Source: Candidatus Hadarchaeota archaeon (lineage in GTDB: Archaea; CAYQAE01; CAYVLA01). From it: a stretch of DNA of 64,000 nucleotides. The position numbers and the translations under genes are program-made. The DNA is taken from positions 39,980 through 103,979 of the forward strand of contig CAYVLA010000004.1 in the NCBI GenBank assembly GCA_964452145.1. The letters are read 5' to 3'. The notes beneath the pieces were generated by a model. The model saw only the letters and a program-made list of their open reading frames with translations. It searched no databases and was not told the DNA's origin. Within the stretch, counting starts at the first letter, position 1. Every line of letters starts with the position of its first letter. This document shows positions 9,405-18,763 of the stretch, piece by piece.

Positions 9405-10394
9405 TCACAGGTAGCTGCTCCAGGCGTGGATGACTGCGCGGTCCGCGTCGCCGAAGCCTATGAGCACCTGATTCCAGTTGTAGTTCACGTCGCCCACCGC
9501 GTAGAGGCCCGGAATGGGCTCGCCGGCGGCCGTTACCACGCGGCAGTTCTCATCGACCACGATGTACCCCGCTTCGTCCGTCTTCCCGCCCATGGAGACA
9601 GCAAGTTCGTTGTTCACCCGGTAGATCCCCATGGCCGAGAATGCAAGATCGAAGCTCGCCTCACTCCCTCCCCCAAGACGTACGCCGAAGAGCCTCCGAT
9701 CCAACCCGAAGAGGCCCTCTATCTCCGGGCCGATTACATCCACGTATTTGGAGCGCAGCCTGGCGGCGAGTTCGTCCTTCTCCCCCGGCTGCATGTCGTC
9801 TCCCTCGAAGAGGTTCTTGCCGTTGGTGAGTATGGTCACCTTTCTAGCCTGGAACTGCAGGAGGTCCAAGGCGATGAGCGCCGCGATCTTTCCGTGACCG
9901 ACCACGGCCACGTCCTTGCCTCTGGCCAGGTATCCGTCACAGATCTCACAGTAGCAGATGATGCCCTTGTTGGCGTAGGGAAACACCGGTCTGATGTCGC
10001 CACCGATCATTGGCTGCCTGTCAACGATCCCGGTCGCAATGATGACCACCCTGGAGACATACCTCCTGTCCTCTCCGCTGGGATGGTGAACTGCCTTCAG
10101 CACGTACAGGCCCTCACTCCGTTCAAGGTGCCTTCCCACCACGAAGTCGTCCATGCTGGCATAGTCGGCCTGCTCGGCGAGGCGCCTCCTGAGCTGGGAG
10201 TTGAGGTCCCTTCCAGATATTCCGCCCGGGTGGGCCGGAAGGTTGTGGAAGTTGGGCACGAAATGCCCTCGGCCCCACTTCCCTCCCTTATCAACGATGT
10301 GGACTCGCAGATTCAGAAGGGCCGCCCTGAAGCCTGCGTACAGTCCTACCGGCCCACCGCCCACAACCAATACATCGTATGCTTGGTCCTCCAT
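9405..10394 (-). CDS. Thioredoxin-reductase-like FAD/NAD(P) disulfide oxidoreductase
   Basis: GGGPVG, IATG, CEICDG (CxxC) and GLYAVGD. Confidence 0.88.
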   Translation of the reverse strand: MEDQAYDVLVVGGGPVGLYAGFRAALLNLRVHIVDKGGKWGRGHFVPNFHNLPAHPGGISGRDLNSQLRRRLAEQADYASMDDFVVGRHLERSEGLYVLKAVHHPSGEDRRYVSRVVIIATGIVDRQPMIGGDIRPVFPYANKGIICYCEICDGYLARGKDVAVVGHGKIAALIALDLLQFQARKVTILTNGKNLFEGDDMQPGEKDELAARLRSKYVDVIGPEIEGLFGLDRRLFGVRLGGGSEASFDLAFSAMGIYRVNNELAVSMGGKTDEAGYIVVDENCRVVTAAGEPIPGLYAVGDVNYNWNQVLIGFGDADRAVIHAWSSYL

Positions 10395-10607
10395 TATTCA
10401 AGCCCGGCGACCCAGGCCCGCTTCTACAAAAATAAGTTTCCCAGGACGGCGGTTTCTCTAGTTCCCATCCAGTCCACGGTTGGTCATCGTCCGCGACCCG
10501 CCTCCCCGCCTCGCGCCGAGTAAGCGGCTGGGCGGAAACGAACGGATCTCGGAACGAACAGAGAGTGTAAAGGATATTAAAGCTACCGATCCCTCTCAAG
10601 GCCATCG

Positions 10608-11816
10608 ATGGCTACAAGGGATGTCCGTATCGTTCCGCTAGTGCTGGTCTGGCTATTCCTGGGTTTCGTGTTTTCCCCGGTTTCGGATGCTGGGGATGTA
10701 AGGGAACCCATGCGGATCCTCCTTGCGGGGGATATCTTTCCCTGCCCTGTAATACTCCTCTGCGTCGTGGATCCCGCGTTTGACTACACGCCGATCCAAA
10801 CCAGGGAGATACCGCATTCGGAGGCTCAGCGTTACATCAGGCTATACTTCCCTAGGACCAGAGAGGAGCTGAACGAGTACTCCATGCTCTTCTTCGTTGA
10901 CAGCGACATGTCTCCTTTCACCGTGAAGCAGATTGCGGACATGGTGGACTCGGTTAGGGAGGGATGGTGCGGCACATTCTGGACCTTCGGCCCCCATTAC
11001 GGTAGCGTTGTGGCCTGTACGCTGGAGCAGGTAGTCCCGCACGAGATGTCGATGCCCTTTAACCAGTGGGCCTGGTCCACAGCGTTCTACAGGGTCTCCT
11101 TCCGCAGAGGGATGCCCCCGGTGTTCACCCCGTTCGTCGATCTGGGCGTCGAGAACGTGCAGGCCTACGGATGCGGGCAGATAGTCCCTAGGAGCGGCAC
11201 GCTTATATGGGGCGATCTGGTGCCTTTCGGGTGGCCGTGGATGGTCTCATGGAGGTTCGGCGAGAACGGGGGCATCTGCTGGGTGGCAGCCGACGACCTC
11301 GACCATCCCTTCTGGAGCAGGGAGACCTACGGGTTCTGCCACAACCTGTATTCAATCGACATCCTTGCCAACATCGTCACCTACTCGGTCGGCAGAGAGC
11401 TTCCGGGGGATATCATGGTCCCCATCCACATCAGAAGAGAGTTCTTGGAATACCACCAGGCCAGAGGCCTGTTCGTGTCCATATTGGAGTTTGCCGAGAA
11501 GTTCGGGGCCGATACGAGCAGGCTGTACGGGGAGATGTTGGAGATCGACCGGGGGGTCGTCCGTAGGGCTAGGGACGGGTACTTGGACGGGCAGTATGAT
11601 GAGGCGTTGGCCGACATCAGAGTGGGCAACCAGCTGGTGCGGGATCTTTGCGAGCGGGGCCTCAAGGCCCGGGAGCGGGCCCTTTTCTGGATCTTCCTCG
11701 TTGAGTGGTTTGTGGTGTCGGGAACCAGCATGGTCTCGGGGTTTGTTCTGTGGACCTTGATGATAAGGAGACGGATCTACAGGGAAGTTGGCACGACCAG
11801 GCTTCTGGGTGCCTGA
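10608..11816 (+). CDS. Secreted, C-terminally anchored protein, paralog of 69..1265
   Basis: Signal peptide; RYIRLYFPR; FAEKFGADT; ALFWIFLVEW...LMIRRRIYREVGTTR. Confidence 0.82.
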   Translation: MATRDVRIVPLVLVWLFLGFVFSPVSDAGDVREPMRILLAGDIFPCPVILLCVVDPAFDYTPIQTREIPHSEAQRYIRLYFPRTREELNEYSMLFFVDSDMSPFTVKQIADMVDSVREGWCGTFWTFGPHYGSVVACTLEQVVPHEMSMPFNQWAWSTAFYRVSFRRGMPPVFTPFVDLGVENVQAYGCGQIVPRSGTLIWGDLVPFGWPWMVSWRFGENGGICWVAADDLDHPFWSRETYGFCHNLYSIDILANIVTYSVGRELPGDIMVPIHIRREFLEYHQARGLFVSILEFAEKFGADTSRLYGEMLEIDRGVVRRARDGYLDGQYDEALADIRVGNQLVRDLCERGLKARERALFWIFLVEWFVVSGTSMVSGFVLWTLMIRRRIYREVGTTRLLGA

Positions 11817-11947
11817 GGCTTGGCTGGACGATGCTAGCCCGGCCAGCACCGGTGGTTGGCGTTGGAGGCACGTGCGGTGCCGGCCAGCAGCAGCCGGGGT
11901 TGCCTTTTTAAGATCATGGCCCTCCCCTGCTGAACAGTCACTCGGAG

Positions 11948-13390
11948 GTGTCCACCATTTCGGGGATCATCGGCGTCTACTCCAAGCACGACAGAAGCAC
12001 GACGAGGATCGCCTTCAAGGCCTTGGTGTCGCTTCAGAACAGAGGGGAAGCGGGCTGCGGGGTCTGCACGGCGACCGCGGAAAGGCTGCTCTACTGGCTC
12101 TCGCCTTACTCCGACGATCCCGAACAAGGCATCTCGGCCGAGGGGAGGGAGAGTAGCAAGGTCTTCGAATTCCTGTATCCACGCCTGGAGAAGATCGATG
12201 CAACGAGGCCCCGGGCCATCGTGGGTCATACGCTCTTCGAGAAGGCGGGGAACATCCAACCTTCGAGGATCAATGGCGAAGACTGTGAGTTGGCCATAGC
12301 CATGGATGGCACGCTTCTTGCACAGGACCGCCTTCTGGACGAGAGATTCCTAGGCAGGGAGCTTCTCCGCAACATCCGGGACGAGGATGGGGATTATTTC
12401 AGGGCGCTCGAGAAGCTCATGACCGGCATGTACGGAAGGGGATACTACTCGGCAACGGCCATCCTGAAGAAGGCGGATGAGGAGCCCGTCATGATCGCTT
12501 TCAGGGACCCCACCGGTGTTCGGCCCCTCTGTCTGGGAAGGGTGGGCGACGCCTATCTGGTGGCCTCGGAGTCTGTGGCCCTTGACGAGTGCGAAGCGAA
12601 ACTGGAGGGATTCGTGGAGCCAGGGGAGGCATTCGTCGTAGGCGGCGACGGATGTCGCTCCGAGAGGCTTGTGAACAGGCCCCATGCTCACTGCATCTTC
12701 GAGTGGATATACTTTGCTCGGATACAGTCGTTGATAGAGGGGATCCACGTCTATGATTTCAGGAAGAGACAGGGGGCAAAGATGGGCGCCAGGTACAGGG
12801 ACGAGATAGTGCGCTCAGATGTTCTGGGGGCCTCGCCCGACTCGGGACGGGCCTTCGGCATCGGCGTGAGTCAGGCAACCGGCAAGTTCTCGGAGGAGAT
12901 AGCCTCCAGAAACGGTAGGAGGACCTTTCAGATAACGGACAGGAAACTGCGGGACTTAGCGGCGGAGGTGAAATTCCTCATCAACGGTCCCATCGTGAAC
13001 GGCAAGTGGGTCATCGTTACAGACGACAGCATAGTGAGGGGAACCGTCGGCGGGAAGGGCATGACCGGCAAGATTAGGGAGAAGGGCGCCAAGAGAGTCG
13101 AGATGATGGTGTCGTGCGCACCTCTGACCGGTCCCTGCATGAAGGATTTCCACCCAAAGAGCACTACGGCCGCTTTCGGCAGATACGGAGAACCGGTGGA
13201 GGAAACTGCGGCGTACGTGTCCGGGAAGTTGGGAGCAGACAGGGTGTACTACACGACCGTGGAGGACATGTTGGACTCTCTTGGAACCGACGACGGCGTC
13301 TGCACGGGCTGCTTCACCTGTGAGTACCCCGTTCTGAAGGAATTGATGCCCGATTACCTCCCCTCGTACGCCCGGTCCACGGTATCCTAG
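11948..13390 (+). CDS. purF: Amidophosphoribosyltransferase (PurF)-like protein lacking the catalytic N-terminal Cys; true start possibly ATT at 11957
   Basis: RDPTGVRPLCLG, VASES, CIFEWIYFAR, DDSIVRGT and CTGCF present; N-terminus is SGIIG. Confidence 0.85.
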   Translation: MSTISGIIGVYSKHDRSTTRIAFKALVSLQNRGEAGCGVCTATAERLLYWLSPYSDDPEQGISAEGRESSKVFEFLYPRLEKIDATRPRAIVGHTLFEKAGNIQPSRINGEDCELAIAMDGTLLAQDRLLDERFLGRELLRNIRDEDGDYFRALEKLMTGMYGRGYYSATAILKKADEEPVMIAFRDPTGVRPLCLGRVGDAYLVASESVALDECEAKLEGFVEPGEAFVVGGDGCRSERLVNRPHAHCIFEWIYFARIQSLIEGIHVYDFRKRQGAKMGARYRDEIVRSDVLGASPDSGRAFGIGVSQATGKFSEEIASRNGRRTFQITDRKLRDLAAEVKFLINGPIVNGKWVIVTDDSIVRGTVGGKGMTGKIREKGAKRVEMMVSCAPLTGPCMKDFHPKSTTAAFGRYGEPVEETAAYVSGKLGADRVYYTTVEDMLDSLGTDDGVCTGCFTCEYPVLKELMPDYLPSYARSTVS

Positions 13391-13522
13391 CGGTGAAGTC
13401 CGTCAGCTCCGGGTAGCCCTTTATAAGCACCTTTGATCTGTCAGATGGCGGAGGCCAAAGTTCATCCGCTGAACGAAGGCAACCCCACATCTCCATCTGG
13501 GCATCACGCTTGGAGGGAGCAG

Positions 13523-14935
13523 ATGAAAGACAAGACAACCTACGCCCTCATGTTCGGCACCCGAGGCTTCTTTCCCGCATCTCTCGTCGCGCAGGCGAGG
13601 AGGGATCTCCCCGAAGTCCTTGCCCGGCTCGGCCACGAATCGATCATGTTGGATGAGAAGGCAACGCAGTACGGGGCGGTCGAGACATCCCAGGAGGGAG
13701 AGGTCTTCGCCAAGTTACTGCAGGATAACCGGGATAGATGCGCAGGCGTGATCGTGTCCCTTCCGAATTTCGGGGATGAGTCCGGAGCCGTCGCGGCCCT
13801 CAAGGACGCGGGGATGCCGATCCTGATCCAAGCATACCCCGATGAGCTCGACAAGATGGCGCCCGAGTTTAGGCGTGATGCTTTCTGCGGCAAGATATCC
13901 ATCATGGATGTCTTTCACCAGTACGGCATCAGATTCTCCGCGCTCAAGCCCCACGTCGTGGATCCCGCAAGCGATCAGTTTAGGGCCAATTTGGACCACT
14001 TCGACAGGGTGTGCCGGGTCGTCCGGGGGATGAGGGAGATGGTGGTGGGGGCCATCGGGGCCCGCACGACCCCCTTCAAAACCGTCAGGATCGACGAGAT
14101 AGCTCTCCAGCGCCACGGAATCACAGTCGAAGCCCTTGATCTCTCCGAGGTTATCTCCCGGGCCAAAGCCGTGTCGGAGAAAGGCGATTCGTACGAGGCC
14201 AAGGCGGCCCTCCTGAGGGAGTACACCTCATGGGAAGGCGTGCCCCCGGAGGCCTTCGTCGCGATCGTCAAGCTCGGCGTGGTCCTGGACGAGATCGTCC
14301 AGGAATGGTCGCTGAATGCCCTGGCCATCAGGTGCTGGATCGAGCTCCAACGCCAGCTAGGGATCTCTCCCTGCGTCCTGCTGGGAGAGATGAATGACCG
14401 GGGCATACCATCGGCCTGCGAGGTAGATGTAGGAAGCGCCATTGCGATGCGTGCCTTGAGCCTTGCATCGGGCAAACCCGCCGCATGCCTGGACTGGAAC
14501 AACAATTACGGTCGGGACGAGGAGAAATGCATTCTCTTCCATTGTGGGCCAGTGCCGAGGGCGTTGATGAGGAAGCGTGGCACAATCACCGACCATGCCA
14601 TTCTGGGCACGACGCTGGGAAAGGGATGCAGCTACGGATGCAATGTAGGGCGGATCTCGCCGGGCAAGTTCACGTTCGGAGGCATGCTCACCGAGGACGG
14701 GAAGCCGAAGTTCTATATCGGGGAGGGCAGATTCACCAGCGACCCCATCCCGAGCGACTTCTTCGGATGCGCCGGGGTGGCTCAGATCCGGGCTCTGCAG
14801 GATGTGCTGATTCATATCGGTCGCGCCGGCCATCGACACCACGTCGCCGTCACACATGGAACGGTCTTGGAACCTCTGAGGGAGGCATTGGAGAACTACC
14901 TTGGAATGGAGGTTGCCGTGCCTCAGGAGGAATAG
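13523..14935 (+). CDS. L-fucose/L-arabinose isomerase family protein
   Basis: NFGDE, RRDAFCGK, ACEVD, FHCGP, HRHHVA; SD GGAGG before the ATG at 13523. Confidence 0.88.
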   Translation: MKDKTTYALMFGTRGFFPASLVAQARRDLPEVLARLGHESIMLDEKATQYGAVETSQEGEVFAKLLQDNRDRCAGVIVSLPNFGDESGAVAALKDAGMPILIQAYPDELDKMAPEFRRDAFCGKISIMDVFHQYGIRFSALKPHVVDPASDQFRANLDHFDRVCRVVRGMREMVVGAIGARTTPFKTVRIDEIALQRHGITVEALDLSEVISRAKAVSEKGDSYEAKAALLREYTSWEGVPPEAFVAIVKLGVVLDEIVQEWSLNALAIRCWIELQRQLGISPCVLLGEMNDRGIPSACEVDVGSAIAMRALSLASGKPAACLDWNNNYGRDEEKCILFHCGPVPRALMRKRGTITDHAILGTTLGKGCSYGCNVGRISPGKFTFGGMLTEDGKPKFYIGEGRFTSDPIPSDFFGCAGVAQIRALQDVLIHIGRAGHRHHVAVTHGTVLEPLREALENYLGMEVAVPQEE

Positions 14936-14944
14936 GCCCCGGCT

Positions 14945-16396
14945 TTAGTGTCGAGCCCTCTTAGCCTTCCCGCCCGCCCTGGTGCGGGGACCGAGCCGGG
15001 CCGCGCCCCGGGTGGTTTTGGTGGCAAGGTCCTTGCCGGAGGCCAGGCGTTCCTTGGCGCGAGGTATCTCGGCCGCGTACTGCGGCAGCCACTGGGCCTG
15101 GGCTACCAGCATCTTGTCCACCAACTGCCAGATCTCGGGCGGATTGCACACCGCCGCCGTGAGGGGATCGTGGAGAGCTGCCTGTTTGAGCAACGTCGCG
15201 TCGCCTCGCACAGCCGCCTCAACGGCCATTCGCTGCACCGAGACGCTGGCGCTACACGTCGCTGCGCAGGCCATGGGAAGATCGCCTACGACCGGCACGC
15301 TAAGTCCGTTGCCGTCGACGTAGCCGGGCACCTCAATGATGCAGTCATGAGGCAGGTTGGTTATCACCCCTCGGTTTTCGACATTGAAGTAGCCACGGTA
15401 GATGCGACCTGTCTCAAGCGCCTCTATGATGCGGCTGCCGTGCTCACCGGAACGCCTCCCGGCGGAGTAGACCGGTGGATCTGCGGCGAGCCACTCGGGG
15501 AACTCGGTCTCGAACCACCTTCGGGCCTCAAGGCAGACCCTCAGATACCCTCCCGTCTCCCCGTCGATCCACGAACCCAAGTCGATCCAGCCTCTGATCT
15601 CTCTGGGCCTCTTTCGATACCATGGCACATACTCCGAGGCATGGCCGTTGCTCTCGGTGCAGTAATACCCGAAGCGCCGCAGCATGTCGATGCGGACCTT
15701 CTCGGTCTTGCTGTAGATGGGATGCTTCTCGAATGCCTCCAGCAACTTGCCCGTCAGCTCCTCTCTTCGATGCTTGACCGAGACGTACCAGGTCTGGTGG
15801 TTTATGCCGGCGCATATCACGTCAAGCTCACCTTTCGGGATGCCGAGGACCTCCGCGATCTGGTGGATGCCTCCCTGCACGCCGTGGCAAAGGCCGATTG
15901 TCTTGACGCCCCCGTAGCGGTTGCATGCCCACGTGTTCATGGACATGGGGTTGGAGTAGTTCATGAAGACGCAGTCCCGCGCTGAGACGTCGCGTATGTC
16001 TCGGCAGAACTCCAGTAAGACCGGGATGGTGCGCTGTCCGTACATGATTCCCCCGGGGCCAAGCGTATCGCCCACGCACTGATCCACGCCGTATGTGAGG
16101 GGGATGTCGATGTCAGTCTGGAAAGCCTCGAGGCCACCGACGCGGACCAGCGAGAAGACGTAGTCTGCTCCTTCTAAGGCCTCTCGCCGATCCAGTGTGG
16201 CAGCGAGCTTCGCTGGTTTGTCGTTGGCCTCGATGTCTCGCTTTGCGAGTTGATGGACCATGTCCAGATTTCTCTGGCTTATGTCTGTGAAGGCAAACTC
16301 GGTGTCGGCGAGTTCGGGTACCGAGAGGATGTCCTGCATCAGTTTGCGGGTGAATGTGATGCTTCCCGCTCCGATCATCGCGACCTTTATGGCCAT
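14945..16396 (-). CDS. melA: GH4 alpha-galactosidase/alpha-glucosidase (NAD+-dependent)
   Basis: IGAGSITF, GDTLGPGG, NYSNPM, GLCHG, AGINH, TESNGH. Confidence 0.92.
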   Translation of the reverse strand: MAIKVAMIGAGSITFTRKLMQDILSVPELADTEFAFTDISQRNLDMVHQLAKRDIEANDKPAKLAATLDRREALEGADYVFSLVRVGGLEAFQTDIDIPLTYGVDQCVGDTLGPGGIMYGQRTIPVLLEFCRDIRDVSARDCVFMNYSNPMSMNTWACNRYGGVKTIGLCHGVQGGIHQIAEVLGIPKGELDVICAGINHQTWYVSVKHRREELTGKLLEAFEKHPIYSKTEKVRIDMLRRFGYYCTESNGHASEYVPWYRKRPREIRGWIDLGSWIDGETGGYLRVCLEARRWFETEFPEWLAADPPVYSAGRRSGEHGSRIIEALETGRIYRGYFNVENRGVITNLPHDCIIEVPGYVDGNGLSVPVVGDLPMACAATCSASVSVQRMAVEAAVRGDATLLKQAALHDPLTAAVCNPPEIWQLVDKMLVAQAQWLPQYAAEIPRAKERLASGKDLATKTTRGAARLGPRTRAGGKAKRARH

Positions 16397-16415
16397 GCCG
16401 ATGGGGTTTCGGCCC

Positions 16416-16433
16416 AGCTCAATAATTTGAGCT
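16416..16433. promoter_or_regulatory. Palindromic operator candidate over the melA promoter
   Basis: Perfect inverted repeat AGCTCAA-TAAT-TTGAGCT about 20 bp upstream of the melA start. Confidence 0.45.
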
Positions 16434-16535
16434 TCAACTCCGAGTCCACCCCGTGATCGGGCTAGTTGGGCATTGTGCCAGCTGCCATCCTCCCGTATGT
16501 GATCCGTTCAGCTGGGCCGATTACCCTTCGCGCGA

Positions 16536-17537
16536 TCATGTCCCACACGGTAAGCTGTCCCGGTCGGCAAGGGCCAGCTGCGCTACGAGGGTCCTGTAGT
16601 AGGCATAGTTCTCGAAGGGAACATGCTCACGAACCCTATTGTCGACCGTCGGGACGTATCCACCCGAGCGGATGAGGTGGGGGACTTTCGATAGGATCTC
16701 GGATCTGATCGCCGCCTTGTCCCTGGTCAGGACCTCGACGTCGATGCCGCCGATCAGGAGAAGCCTTCGTCCGTATCTCTCCCTGAGTGAGACATAGTCC
16801 TGGTTGGCGTTCCGGGTTCCACCGCACTTGAGACCGTTAACCCCGGCCTCTAGGCACAAGGGGATCAGACTCTTCACATTGCCGAATGTGCTGAGAATGA
16901 TCACGTCTATTCCGTGGCTGTGCAGCTTCTTGGTTATCCTTCCGTAACACGGTATCACGTACTTGTTGAAGAGCGAAGGAGGGATCACCGGGCCTCTGTT
17001 CTCGGCGATCGGCTCCCGTATGACGGCGTAGTCGATCTCCACCTCCTCTAGCGCCCTCTCCATCGATCGGATCGAGAAATCGGTTATGAAGCCGGTCATC
17101 GCGCTGACAAACTCGGAGTCCAGATACATGAGCCGAATGAGATCCTTCAGTGTCGCTGGATCGGACACGTTGAGGGGACGAAGAAACCCGGGCCAAGCGT
17201 CTATGCCGAGGGGATGATCCCTCTGTCTCCATTTTTCGACGAGATCTTCCCAGTTGCTCGGGCATCTGGCCTCATCGTCCGGGTCATAGGATCTCTGGAG
17301 TCGGTAGAAATCCTTCCGGGATCTGAGACGCCCTCCAAATCTCGGGATCATGTCGCGGTTGACGGGCACGGTCTCCCACGTCTCCAGACCGAAGAGCCGG
17401 GCGAGATCGCTGGCCTCGGGCATTCCCTCTTTGTGCCACCGCCTCAACGTCTCTTCACCTATGTCATCGTCGTAGAACGGAACCCGGTCGGGATGGCCGA
17501 AGTGGAACGTGGCAATGAACCTCTCTCTGGAATTCAA
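16536..17537 (-). CDS. Uroporphyrinogen decarboxylase-family (URO-D/MtaA-like) protein
   Basis: MNSRERF..PDRVP, LLLIGGID and GGYVPTVD. Confidence 0.88.
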   Translation of the reverse strand: MNSRERFIATFHFGHPDRVPFYDDDIGEETLRRWHKEGMPEASDLARLFGLETWETVPVNRDMIPRFGGRLRSRKDFYRLQRSYDPDDEARCPSNWEDLVEKWRQRDHPLGIDAWPGFLRPLNVSDPATLKDLIRLMYLDSEFVSAMTGFITDFSIRSMERALEEVEIDYAVIREPIAENRGPVIPPSLFNKYVIPCYGRITKKLHSHGIDVIILSTFGNVKSLIPLCLEAGVNGLKCGGTRNANQDYVSLRERYGRRLLLIGGIDVEVLTRDKAAIRSEILSKVPHLIRSGGYVPTVDNRVREHVPFENYAYYRTLVAQLALADRDSLPCGT

Positions 17538-17817
17538 GGGAAATGCCTCTGAGTCCTGGGATCGCCGCCGGCTGACGGGTGGTCCCTGTTCTTCTGTGGG
17601 AGAGCCCGAGACCCGGTGATCGGCCTTCTAGCCGGTTCTTGCTGGCCGTCGGTCAATGCCTGGGCGAAGTTGGCTCTTAACTCTCTTGGGACATCATGTC
17701 GTCTCACAGACCGACCCTTGGCGGGCGACTGTGAAGGTCTTAAGCGTTGCTCGGCGTTCCGGAATTCCGGAGGACACACGTTTCAACCGATGGGTCCCGG
17801 TCCAACTGGCGGACTGA

Positions 17818-18603
17818 ATGACACGACTGCTTGTTCCGGGCTGGCAGTTTGAGGACGGAGGAATTCGCGGCTACGTAGCCGGGGGTGGTCAACACGGCGT
17901 TGAGATCACGGACGCGGGAGACGGGCTTCCCGGAACCCGGCCGATGTGCTTGAATCTGGAACACTACTACTCAAGGTCGTGTCGAAGTGGGAGATTCGTC
18001 CCGCGTCAGAAGGCGCATGTGATCTCCGGCCTGCTCTCCGAGGATGCAGTGCTGACAACGATCGATGCTTTCCAGGCGTGGCAGGTGCGGACGGATATCA
18101 CATTCAGGGTCCTGCCCGGCCCACTGATAGAAGCATGCTACCACTTTCGCTTCATGTCTCACTTCGACGGTTTCGAGGCACTCGTCAGCAACTACTTCCT
18201 CGACCCAACCCCGCCGTACATCCACCTCGGCGGCGTTTGGGTACAACCTTCCATCGGTGACCGTGAGCATCGCTTCTGGGCCAAAGGCCGGGAACAAGCA
18301 GAGAACATCAAGGCAGTGTATGTCCCCGAGCTGGCGCCCGGCGAGCGCATTGACCTGCATGTCGACGATGACTACTACGACCATCCCATCATGGTGACGC
18401 CGGTGAGACAGACTCGCAAAAGCGTCGTCAACATGGTGGAGTCACGGTTCTGTTCCAGCCTTTCGGCCAACCGTCTGTGGCATGCCCACGATTTCTCGCT
18501 TCTTGCAGAGGACGTCGAGCCGGGCGATGAGATCCTGTGCCGGGCGTGGCTGACGATTTGCGAATTGGAGAGCCTTGACGAGGCAGTAGATGTGTACGAG
18601 TAG
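17818..18603 (+). CDS. Hypothetical protein, possibly mutarotase-like beta-sandwich
   Basis: 261-aa beta-rich ORF within the sugar cluster; fold is inferred. Confidence 0.6.
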   Translation: MTRLLVPGWQFEDGGIRGYVAGGGQHGVEITDAGDGLPGTRPMCLNLEHYYSRSCRSGRFVPRQKAHVISGLLSEDAVLTTIDAFQAWQVRTDITFRVLPGPLIEACYHFRFMSHFDGFEALVSNYFLDPTPPYIHLGGVWVQPSIGDREHRFWAKGREQAENIKAVYVPELAPGERIDLHVDDDYYDHPIMVTPVRQTRKSVVNMVESRFCSSLSANRLWHAHDFSLLAEDVEPGDEILCRAWLTICELESLDEAVDVYE

Positions 18604-18763
18604 GTGTCTAGGATGGGGCCCCCCTCTCTTCGTGCCGGATACCGATCGCACACGAGCCCCCCAGACGATCCGGCAAGCAATTAAAGGGAGGTCGACGCTC
18701 CAGCCATCGCGGGCGATTTGGTTGATAGAACCTCACACACTCCCTCGGGTTTGGGTCAGACCG

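Noticed and set aside
11833..11903. G-U-rich long hairpin before purF as a possible riboswitch
   Set aside because: It lies upstream of the TATA-like TTTTTAAG, so probably outside the purF transcript; no known aptamer motif.
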